A DNA stretch of 64,000 nucleotides, taken from positions 1-64,000 of the IMG/VR virus record IMGVR_UViG_3300021197_001365; one strand, given 5' to 3'. Position numbers and translations under genes: made by a program. The stretch's first letter is position 1, and every line of letters begins with the position of its first letter. Source of the DNA: a virus. The notes beneath the pieces were generated by a model. It worked only from the letters and a program-made list of their open reading frames with translations. It was not told the DNA's origin and made no database searches. This document shows positions 1 through 6,635 of the stretch, one piece after another.

Positions 1-66
1 CATCATAGTCAAGAATCCTGACAAAAGTCCCTGAGTTAAATTTTACCTCTATAGTTTAAAAATTAA

Positions 67-95
67 ATTATACCGAGGTGGAGTTCGAATGTCAA
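67..95 (-). promoter_or_regulatory. Sigma70 promoter TTGACA-N17-TATAAT, pointing to a gene left of the window
   Basis: Exact consensus hexamers on the minus strand (90-95, 67-72), just after the TBDR terminator. Confidence 0.85.
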
Positions 96-116
96 GATGT
101 TTTTTTAGTTAGGAGT

Positions 117-147
117 AATAAAAAAGGGGCCGTAGCCGACCCCTTGT
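117..147 (-). terminator. Intrinsic terminator of the TBDR gene
   Basis: Minus strand AAGGGGTCGGCTACGGCCCCTTTTTT hairpin plus U-run directly after the stop codon. Confidence 0.8.
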
Positions 148-148
148 A

Positions 149-2920
149 TTAGAACGTATAGTTAAATCCTATGCTGTAGTTTTTGCCATACATATCGTAC
201 TGGCTTAATTGAGATTCGTTTCCCCAGTAGTAATATTCTGGTCTATTGTTTAAGTTCACTGCCTCTGCTTTAACAGTGAAGTTATCATTAACAGCATATT
301 TGACTGTTAGGTCCCATTGTATAAAGTCACCAACAAATCTACTATTGTTAACACTTACTTCCCCAATGTCGCCATCTTCATCTGCTAACCAATCTAAGTA
401 ATCACTTCTATAGTTACCAGCAACTCTTATATCCCATGCACCTTTGTCGTAGCCAAAGTTAACGTTAGCAGCTTTATCGGCTAACTTACGGAACGAAGTT
501 GTAAATGATACATCATCTTCAAAGTTAAATGCGCTTTCACTGTCTGTTAGTGTAAAGTTAGTTGCTACATACAATCCATTTTCCCATCCGTATTGTGCAT
601 TAAGTTCTATGCCATTAATTCTGCTGTCATCTGCATTGATCCATGTTTCAACACCATCATTAAACGATATGCCGTTGAACACACCATTGCGTTGGTATGT
701 TGGATAAATTGCATTAGCAATACTCTTATGGAAGTAACCCACTGCAAAGTAAGTCATACCTTCTCCATAATATTCTAAACTTAAATCAAAGTTATCTGCT
801 TCGTATGGCTTTAGGTTTGGATTACCAATGCTACCACTTGTATCACCTGATGTGTCTACATCATAATCTGTGATAGGAGCAGTTTCTTTGAATCCTGGTC
901 TGCTTAAACCTCTCCACAATGCACCACGTACTTGCCAATTGTCTGTGAGCCAATGCTTAACAGTTACACTAGGAGCAACAAAGCCATAGTCATTCTCTGC
1001 ATAAGTTTTATTGCCGTCTTGGTCGTATGCTGTACTTTCAAAGTCAGTATGCTCATAACGTACACCTGCAATAATAGTAGTTTTTTCTAATTCAACTGTG
1101 CGTTGTGCATAAACACTATTAATTGTTTCATCAGTTATAAAATCTCTGCTGATGTCATCGCTGAAATCTACTGTCATTTGGTCAGTTAGACTTCTAAGGT
1201 TATATGTTTCCTGTGCAGTCATATGATTACCAAACACTTGATTTGGAAAGAACCAACCAGGCGCAGTTGTAAATTCAAAGTCTGCCATAGTCATATCGTC
1301 CCATTCATACGCAATAATATAATCATCTACATCCTTAGTTCTGCCTCTGTACTTGTAACCTACCTTCCATAACCCGTTGTCTGCGTTTATTTGAAATGTA
1401 GTTTCGCTATCTTTACTGACATTACTCCACATTTCAAAAGCATCAAACTCTAAGTTCTCTGAATTACGCAAAGTATCATCTACAGGTGTAACAAATGGAT
1501 GAACAGGATTGCTCCAATCAAATACTGCACCACTGTCTTTGTCGTAGTTTCTAAATGTAATGTCAGCATTATCGCTGTCATCTTCTTCAGCCCAACTATA
1601 ACTTAGTTGCGAGTCTACTGCCCAATCAGCCATATCAAATTCTGCACCAAGGTTCATAGCACCTATAGTTCTTGTTTCATATCGCTGTCTTGTTTCTGCA
1701 TCGTGTCTAACTCTGCTGGACAACATACTGTTTTCAAAAGGCTCAGCCATTTTGATTTTGCCATATTCATTTTTAAAACGAATCTCATCTTCTTCATACT
1801 GGTTGTACAAAATATTAGCAAATACCACAGCACCACTTTCTAACAATGTGTTGATGTCATAACTAAATCCGTAACGCTCTCTGGTTAAGTCATAATAGCG
1901 TAACTCAAAGTCATCATTCATGTATCCATCTTCCCAGCCAAATCCAGTTTCATTATTATAACTTTCAATGTTCTTTGAACTGTAAGTTAGTCCCATGATG
2001 TGAGCAGTGTTGTCTGTAATACTGTCGCCATATGTTACGCTAAAGTTAGGAGCTTGTTCATAGTCTGTATACTCCGCAAACTTACTGCTAACTTTTACTT
2101 TTAACAACATTTCATCTAAGTCAGTTGGCTTCTTGGTATTAAATTCAATTCTGCCGCCAATGCTGTCTGAATCCATTTCAGGTGTTAAAGTTTTTGAAAC
2201 TGTAATACTGTCCATAAGTTCAGTGGGTATGCCGTCCATTATTACTGAACGTCCGTTTTCAGGTGCAACCATACTAGCACCGTTTACTGCTACACTGTTT
2301 AAGTCTGAACTTAATCCTCTAATTGTAACATAACGTCCTTCGCCCTGATCATTTTCTACACTTATACCACTTAATCTTCTAATGGCGTCTGCGGCTGTTG
2401 TATCAGGAAAGTTGCCTAATGCATCTGAGTCTACAACACTGATAATACCATCAGCCATCATCTGTTTGTCTACTGCTCTCATAAGTGTTGCTCTGGTTCC
2501 TACAACAAGCACTTCTTCAACAGTAGGGTCGTACGTTGGAGTGTTATCTCTGTATTGTTGAAACTCTTCAACAACTTCTTCTATTGGTGCATTTACTAGA
2601 AGTACTCTTGCATTTACAATGCCCATTTCAGTTAATGCATCATATCTGTGGTGCCCATCAATAATATAATATTGCTGATCGATAACCAAAGGCCTATAAG
2701 TATTTTCTTGTGCCTTGATTAATCTCTTCTCTTGCTTCTTTAAGTTTTGAACTCGTTGAGTCTGCACAGGAATTAAACTGCTTACAGGTACTTCTGTTGC
2801 AGTAAATTCAAATTGTGATTGTTCTAGGATTTCTTGATTTAGTTGGGGGAGTTGATTTCTGTCATATTGTGCAAATACAATAGTAGGCACCAACAGCATT
2901 GCTAAAAATAAATAACGCAT
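149..2920 (-). CDS. TonB-dependent outer-membrane receptor with N-terminal ParB/Srx-like domain
   Basis: Likely start MRYLFLAM at 2920 (GGAGAG SD); signal peptide; PLVID..IIDGHHRY motif; TonB box VEEVLVVGTR; plug motifs (NFPDTTAADAIRRLSG, GEGRYVTIRGL, DSIGGRI); barrel ending in C-terminal Phe (GFNYTF). Confidence 0.93.
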   Translation of the reverse strand: MRYLFLAMLLVPTIVFAQYDRNQLPQLNQEILEQSQFEFTATEVPVSSLIPVQTQRVQNLKKQEKRLIKAQENTYRPLVIDQQYYIIDGHHRYDALTEMGIVNARVLLVNAPIEEVVEEFQQYRDNTPTYDPTVEEVLVVGTRATLMRAVDKQMMADGIISVVDSDALGNFPDTTAADAIRRLSGISVENDQGEGRYVTIRGLSSDLNSVAVNGASMVAPENGRSVIMDGIPTELMDSITVSKTLTPEMDSDSIGGRIEFNTKKPTDLDEMLLKVKVSSKFAEYTDYEQAPNFSVTYGDSITDNTAHIMGLTYSSKNIESYNNETGFGWEDGYMNDDFELRYYDLTRERYGFSYDINTLLESGAVVFANILYNQYEEDEIRFKNEYGKIKMAEPFENSMLSSRVRHDAETRQRYETRTIGAMNLGAEFDMADWAVDSQLSYSWAEEDDSDNADITFRNYDKDSGAVFDWSNPVHPFVTPVDDTLRNSENLEFDAFEMWSNVSKDSETTFQINADNGLWKVGYKYRGRTKDVDDYIIAYEWDDMTMADFEFTTAPGWFFPNQVFGNHMTAQETYNLRSLTDQMTVDFSDDISRDFITDETINSVYAQRTVELEKTTIIAGVRYEHTDFESTAYDQDGNKTYAENDYGFVAPSVTVKHWLTDNWQVRGALWRGLSRPGFKETAPITDYDVDTSGDTSGSIGNPNLKPYEADNFDLSLEYYGEGMTYFAVGYFHKSIANAIYPTYQRNGVFNGISFNDGVETWINADDSRINGIELNAQYGWENGLYVATNFTLTDSESAFNFEDDVSFTTSFRKLADKAANVNFGYDKGAWDIRVAGNYRSDYLDWLADEDGDIGEVSVNNSRFVGDFIQWDLTVKYAVNDNFTVKAEAVNLNNRPEYYYWGNESQLSQYDMYGKNYSIGFNYTF

Positions 2921-2963
2921 AATGCTCTCCTTTTGCTTTGGGTAAATTTTTACCACAGAAGAT

Positions 2964-2997
2964 ATTATACCACAAGATTGTTACAATTTTATGAAAA
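2964..2997 (-). promoter_or_regulatory. PhoB-type promoter: Pho box plus extended -10
   Basis: Minus strand TTTTCATAAAATTGTAAC (14/18 to CTGTCATAAAACTGTCAC), exactly 10 bp upstream of TATAAT (preceded by TGG); no TTGACA. Confidence 0.78.
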
Positions 2998-3037
2998 CAC
3001 CGTTTAACGTTTTTGCTTTTTTTCCAAAGTGGTACGT

Positions 3038-3090
3038 GTGGGGGAGCGCGGCCGCGCTAAATGAGAATGAGTCTCATTACCGCCCCCCCA
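3038..3090. repeat. Palindrome cluster at the left edge of the pre-early block (possible terminal-repeat boundary)
   Basis: Perfect 14-bp palindrome AGCGCGGCCGCGCT (3045-3058), Fur-like palindrome (3060-3078), flanking G-run and C-run; composition shifts here. Confidence 0.55.
3060..3078. promoter_or_regulatory. Fur-box-like inverted repeat 1
   Basis: AATGAGAATGAGTCTCATT; core TGAGAAT-G-AGTCTCA is 11/14 to the 7-1-7 Fur motif TGATAAT-N-ATTATCA. Confidence 0.5.
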
Positions 3091-3148
3091 TACAGCAAAG
3101 ACCCCTGGCGGGCAAGCATTTTTTGTGACATATTACCACTTTTATTTC

Positions 3149-3177
3149 TTGCATTATGGCCCAGGATGGGGTACAAT
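3149..3177 (+). promoter_or_regulatory. Pre-early promoter TTGCAT-N17-TACAAT
   Basis: Near-consensus hexamers upstream of the pre-early operon. Confidence 0.65.
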
Positions 3178-3206
3178 AGGCACTTAATAAATCGAGGCGC
3201 TACGCT

Positions 3207-3311
3207 ATGACAACACTGCAAATTTTTATCATGCTCGGACTGGCATCACCCGCTCTAATTGCTGTGGCGTGGGGCATTTGGGATCAACGTCCAAGCGCGC
3301 GAAAATGGTAA
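3207..3311 (+). CDS. 34-aa single-TM peptide
   Basis: MTTLQIFIMLGLASPALIAVAWGIWDQRPSARKW with GAGG SD; below the ORF-track cutoff. Confidence 0.55.
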   Translation: MTTLQIFIMLGLASPALIAVAWGIWDQRPSARKW

Positions 3312-3409
3312 TATTTCACAAAAATATATCTGGACTTCTGCGCGTCAATATGAGACAATTCATTTCAAGGTGGAGCGATGGGCGCTCGACCTCAACAAAA
3401 GGAGGCTCT

Positions 3410-3721
3410 ATGCCTTATTCAGAAAAGCAGGTTGTGGCACTGCAAAACGCCGCTACTCAATTCGGTACTCTCAACAGTGAGATTGCCGGTAAACTCGCGG
3501 CTGACCTTGGTCAGTCAAAGCGGAGCGTGATCGCTAAGATCGGCTCGCTCGGTTTGCCTTATAAGGCGGCCAAGCGTTCGGTGAAAGGCACTCGTGCCAC
3601 TAGCAAAGCGGAATATGTTGCCGCTATTGCCAAGGCGCTCGACGCTGATGCGTCGGAGCTGGCTGGCTTGGAAAAAGCCACCGCTCTCGCTCTCTCTGGC
3701 TTGCTGTCATCAATTCGATGA
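3410..3721 (+). CDS. T5 A2-like pre-early DNA-binding protein
   Basis: AAGGAGG SD; IAGKLAADLGQSKRSVIAK and SKAEYVAAIAKAL..LAGLEKA resemble T5 A2 as I recall it. Confidence 0.75.
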   Translation: MPYSEKQVVALQNAATQFGTLNSEIAGKLAADLGQSKRSVIAKIGSLGLPYKAAKRSVKGTRATSKAEYVAAIAKALDADASELAGLEKATALALSGLLSSIR

Positions 3722-3915
3722 TAGCGGTTATCGGCTGGATAGGGGCGCTCTGCATGGCAGGCGCTCCATTCATTATCGACACCGACGCGGGCAAGGTCGC
3801 CGCGATTGCTGGATTGGTATTATTAACGGTACAAGCGCTGGACATTCGGGCAATGAATCTGGTACTATTAAATCTGGCTGGAATTATAGGATATAGCTAT
3901 GCACTACTTTTTTGA
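3718..3915 (+). CDS. Small hydrophobic membrane protein
   Basis: 65 aa, nearly all hydrophobic, ATGA-coupled to the A2-like gene. Confidence 0.65.
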   Translation: MIAVIGWIGALCMAGAPFIIDTDAGKVAAIAGLVLLTVQALDIRAMNLVLLNLAGIIGYSYALLF

Positions 3916-4372
3916 CCTCGACCATACGGTCATCGATTCGTCACACCGACAGATCACACGACCGGACGGCTCGCTTGACCTCGCCGCGTGGATTCACAAC
4001 AACACTCGCGCTAACATCATGGCAGACACTCTGCTACCGCTCGCCGCACAATGGCGCAAGGTAGATCGCAAGGGCGCGACTATCGTGATCTGTACCGCTC
4101 GCGTTATGGGTGAGCATGACTACGAATATCTGCGCGCAAATGGGTTGCGTTGGGACGCTTGCCTCTCGCGTCGATTGGGTGACAGCTCACCCGATGCGAA
4201 ATTAAAAGAGCGTATGATCCGCAACTATGCCGCTACATTTCCGGTATCATGGGCGCGGTTCTGCTCAACAGCCGTCTTTTTTGACGACAACAAAAATGTG
4301 CTTGAAATGCTTGATCGCATTGGCATAAAAGCGTATGATTCTATTTTACTCAACGAAAGGTTATCAGCATGA
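3899..4372 (+). CDS. dmp: HAD-family deoxynucleoside 5'-monophosphatase (T5 Dmp-like)
   Basis: FDLDHTVIDSSHR (DxD motif I), ICTAR (II), K (III), FFDD (IV); IMADTLLPL and DYEYLRANGLR segments resemble T5 Dmp. Confidence 0.8.
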   Translation: MHYFFDLDHTVIDSSHRQITRPDGSLDLAAWIHNNTRANIMADTLLPLAAQWRKVDRKGATIVICTARVMGEHDYEYLRANGLRWDACLSRRLGDSSPDAKLKERMIRNYAATFPVSWARFCSTAVFFDDNKNVLEMLDRIGIKAYDSILLNERLSA

Positions 4373-4869
4373 TTTTACGAAGTTACGACAAAGCACCAGA
4401 GATCACCCCGATTTCTGGCATGGCATGGCACTACGTTTGGGAATTGCTCGAATTTGGTGTTTTCAAAAATGGCTACGCTTGCCACGCATACGCCAACGGC
4501 GGGCATGGCGGTATTGAGCGCGTAACATGGTGTTTGCGAGATGTCGAGGACGCATTTGGCTACAATCGCGGAGAGCTTCACGCTCGCGTTTGGCGAATGA
4601 AGCTGGGCGAGAATGAGGAAGTTTTAGCCGCCGAGCAATTTGTCCACGCTCGCAACAAAGATGACAAGGCCATGCTGTATGACAAGCGCTGGCTGGACGT
4701 TGGCGGCAAAAGCGAATTTTACTTTTGCTCTGCCAAAACTGCGATGGCGCGGTTCACTAATTCCTATCGCAAATCCAATTTGCAGATTGGCGAGGGTGTC
4801 GTCGCTCACAAGCGAGCCAAGGGCATACACGGTTGCCCACTGCCCCGCACTTATGCGGTGACGGCGTGA
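4369..4869 (+). CDS. Pre-early protein, possible GIY-YIG/T5orf172-like nuclease
   Basis: FKNGY...ERV...AAEQFVH...GKSEFY pattern resembles KxG..R..E..H..EWF of T5orf172/MUG113. Confidence 0.45.
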   Translation: MILRSYDKAPEITPISGMAWHYVWELLEFGVFKNGYACHAYANGGHGGIERVTWCLRDVEDAFGYNRGELHARVWRMKLGENEEVLAAEQFVHARNKDDKAMLYDKRWLDVGGKSEFYFCSAKTAMARFTNSYRKSNLQIGEGVVAHKRAKGIHGCPLPRTYAVTA

Positions 4870-4958
4870 GATATCTTGCGCTGGCCTATTTGGTTTATTC
4901 TGTCACCACAGATCTAGCGATCTGGGGTGGCGCGCTTTACTACTTTTTCGGAGGATGA
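4866..4958 (+). CDS. 30-aa hydrophobic peptide
   Basis: GTGA overlap with the upstream stop; MRYLALAYLVYSVTTDLAIWGGALYYFFGG. Confidence 0.5.
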   Translation: MRYLALAYLVYSVTTDLAIWGGALYYFFGG

Positions 4959-4962
4959 AAAA

Positions 4963-5085
4963 ATGAGCCAACTGGAAAAAATCCAATTCACAATGGAAAT
5001 TATCCGCACGGTTTGCCCCGTCGTCATGGTGATACTGCAAATCGCCATCATCACCGGCCTTGTAATTATGGGCGATATGGGCTAG
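4963..5085 (+). CDS. 40-aa single-TM peptide
   Basis: GGAGG SD; MSQLEKIQFTMEIIRTVCPVVMVILQIAIITGLVIMGDMG. Confidence 0.6.
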   Translation: MSQLEKIQFTMEIIRTVCPVVMVILQIAIITGLVIMGDMG

Positions 5086-5090
5086 GGCTA

Positions 5091-5109
5091 GATGAGAACC
5101 ATTCTCATT
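5091..5109. promoter_or_regulatory. Fur-box-like inverted repeat 2
   Basis: GATGAGAACCATTCTCATT; core TGAGAAC-C-ATTCTCA is 11/14 to the 7-1-7 Fur motif. Confidence 0.55.
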
Positions 5110-5148
5110 TGGGCCAGGAAATAAAATAATCTTTTTTGCAAATAGGGC

Positions 5149-5178
5149 TTGACACCCCTGCATTTTTTGCGCTAAAAT
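5149..5178 (+). promoter_or_regulatory. Promoter TTGACA-N18-TAAAAT
   Basis: Upstream of the acidic mini-gene. Confidence 0.7.
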
Positions 5179-5221
5179 GTTTACATCAACTAGGGGATTG
5201 GCCCCATTTAAGGATAGAAAA

Positions 5222-5389
5222 ATGTCACACTACGTAAACGAAGCCAACGCCGAAGCCTGCTACGAAGAAGCCTGCGAAGCGGGTTACGCTTTTTTCGCCG
5301 AGGCGGACTGGGACGGCCAAGCGTTCGAGGCTTGGGTAAACTGGAAAACGGATGAGCTTCTTTCTGAGCTTCCCGACGGCTACCGTTAA
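5222..5389 (+). CDS. 55-aa highly acidic pre-early protein
   Basis: TAAGGA SD; 13 D/E versus 2 K/R; has its own promoter. Confidence 0.7.
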   Translation: MSHYVNEANAEACYEEACEAGYAFFAEADWDGQAFEAWVNWKTDELLSELPDGYR

Positions 5390-5405
5390 TGTTCCACATG
5401 GAACA
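5390..5405. promoter_or_regulatory. parS-like palindrome
   Basis: TGTTCCACATGGAACA, 15/16 to the chromosomal parS TGTTCCACGTGGAACA. Confidence 0.7.
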
Positions 5406-5412
5406 CCTCGCC

Positions 5413-5425
5413 CAACTCCTTGATT
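5413..5425 (-). promoter_or_regulatory. IHF consensus site
   Basis: Minus strand AATCAAGGAGTTG matches WATCAANNNNTTR exactly. Confidence 0.5.
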
Positions 5426-5452
5426 TATCAGGGATTTCGGCGCGGGGGCGCC

Positions 5453-5609
5453 AGTAGTAGTGCGACGACGATTTTCTTTGGTGGTGCCTGCGCCATTGTA
5501 CCAGTTCGAAAGCGATTTGTCAAGTCTTTTTTGCGGGTGTGCCCCAAATTGTTTTAAGTTGCCCTGGTCTTAAAAATTGCGCCGATTATAGTAGTAGTAC
5601 GACGACGAT
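5453..5609. repeat. Two copies of a 20-bp direct repeat
   Basis: AGTAGTAGTGCGACGACGAT (5453-5472) and AGTAGTAGTACGACGACGAT (5590-5609), 19/20 identical. Confidence 0.9.
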
Positions 5610-5715
5610 GTCAAGTACTTTTTGCACATTTGCCCAAAATAATTCGACGCGCTAGTCTCTGCCAGACCCCGTGCCCAACCCTGGTATTATATCATAACCC
5701 AGGCGGGGTTGTCAA
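5495..5715 (-). promoter_or_regulatory. Three tandem leftward sigma70 promoters with no downstream ORF
   Basis: TTGACA-17-TACAAT (5495-5523), TTGACA-18-TATAAT (5585-5614), TTGACA-18-TATAAT (5686-5715). Confidence 0.75.
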
Positions 5716-5882
5716 GTACTATTTAGGGTTTTCCTGCATATTGACAACTTACGCGCACTTATGGTACTATAATTCGACAAAATTTGCTACAATTAGACAA
5801 AATAAACCTTGACACGGGAAGGTCGTGTGCGGCCCCCCGGAGTTCGTTTGCGTTATCCTGGCGACCAATTCGCAAAAAAGTG

Positions 5883-5911
5883 TTGACAACTTGCCCAAAC
5901 TTTAGTATAAT
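5883..5911 (+). promoter_or_regulatory. Early promoter TTGACA-N17-TATAAT
   Basis: Exact consensus; a further rightward candidate TTGACA-18-TACTAT lies at 5741-5770. Confidence 0.85.
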
Positions 5912-5937
5912 AGTTACCATAAATCGGAGGACTATGC

Positions 5938-6126
5938 ATGAACGATATTCAATTCGAAGCCTTTAGCTTGTACGCGGGTATGCGTATGGAAGGTATGCCT
6001 AAGCTGGATGCCTTTCTATATACTATACAGTGTATGCTTCCAGAGGACGACTACCCCAACGGATACGACGATGGTGCAGTAGAGCTGTACTCTTGGTTGC
6101 GTCAGAAGGTGAAGCTGGATGGCTAA
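5938..6126 (+). CDS. Hypothetical small acidic protein
   Basis: GGAGG SD, first gene after the promoter. Confidence 0.7.
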   Translation: MNDIQFEAFSLYAGMRMEGMPKLDAFLYTIQCMLPEDDYPNGYDDGAVELYSWLRQKVKLDG

Positions 6127-6553
6127 AGTTAAGTACATAACAAAAGCTAAACGCACATGGACTAAGCACAAACGACAGCTTGTGCGTAATGCGTTTAAGC
6201 ACGCTTTTTGGGAGATGAATCTGTACAAACTTGATGTACATATTGATATTCGTCTAGTGGGAACACCAAATGCCCCAGGAGCCTGCACAGATGCTGAAAC
6301 CAAGTACGTTGTGCATATTGATGGAACACAAGACCCAGAAGACATCGTTGAGACTCTGTTTCACGAACTGCAACACGTTGTTCAATACGCTCTTGGCTAT
6401 TTACAAGACGCAGAAAGTAAAGTATACTGGTTAGGTAACTGGTACACCGGCGATTATCAAGACACCGCTACCTCTGACTACTGGGATGCACCTTGGGAAG
6501 TAGAAGCTCGCCAGGTTGCATGGAATATGTCAGAAAATTACTACCAAAACTAA
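6119..6553 (+). CDS. Zn metallopeptidase-like protein
   Basis: TLFHELQHVVQ (HExxH) and PWEVEAR motif. Confidence 0.8.
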   Translation: MAKVKYITKAKRTWTKHKRQLVRNAFKHAFWEMNLYKLDVHIDIRLVGTPNAPGACTDAETKYVVHIDGTQDPEDIVETLFHELQHVVQYALGYLQDAESKVYWLGNWYTGDYQDTATSDYWDAPWEVEARQVAWNMSENYYQN

Positions 6554-6635
6554 AAAAATTGTTGACAAAATGCTAAAACTACTCTATAATATATTTTCAA
6601 AAGTTGGAAAACAAACATTTTCGGGAGAAAAATTT

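Noticed and set aside
3125-3137. matS site (GTGACA...)
   Set aside because: Only the left half matches GTGACRNYGTCAC.
2552-5405. Phage ParABS partition system (ParB-like domain plus parS)
   Set aside because: The ParB-like domain has no HTH, follows a signal peptide and would be periplasmic; no ParA is present. The two observations are kept separate.
5453-5715. CRISPR or guide-RNA array
   Set aside because: Only two copies of the 20-mer; the periodicity is explained by tandem promoters; no cas-like gene nearby.
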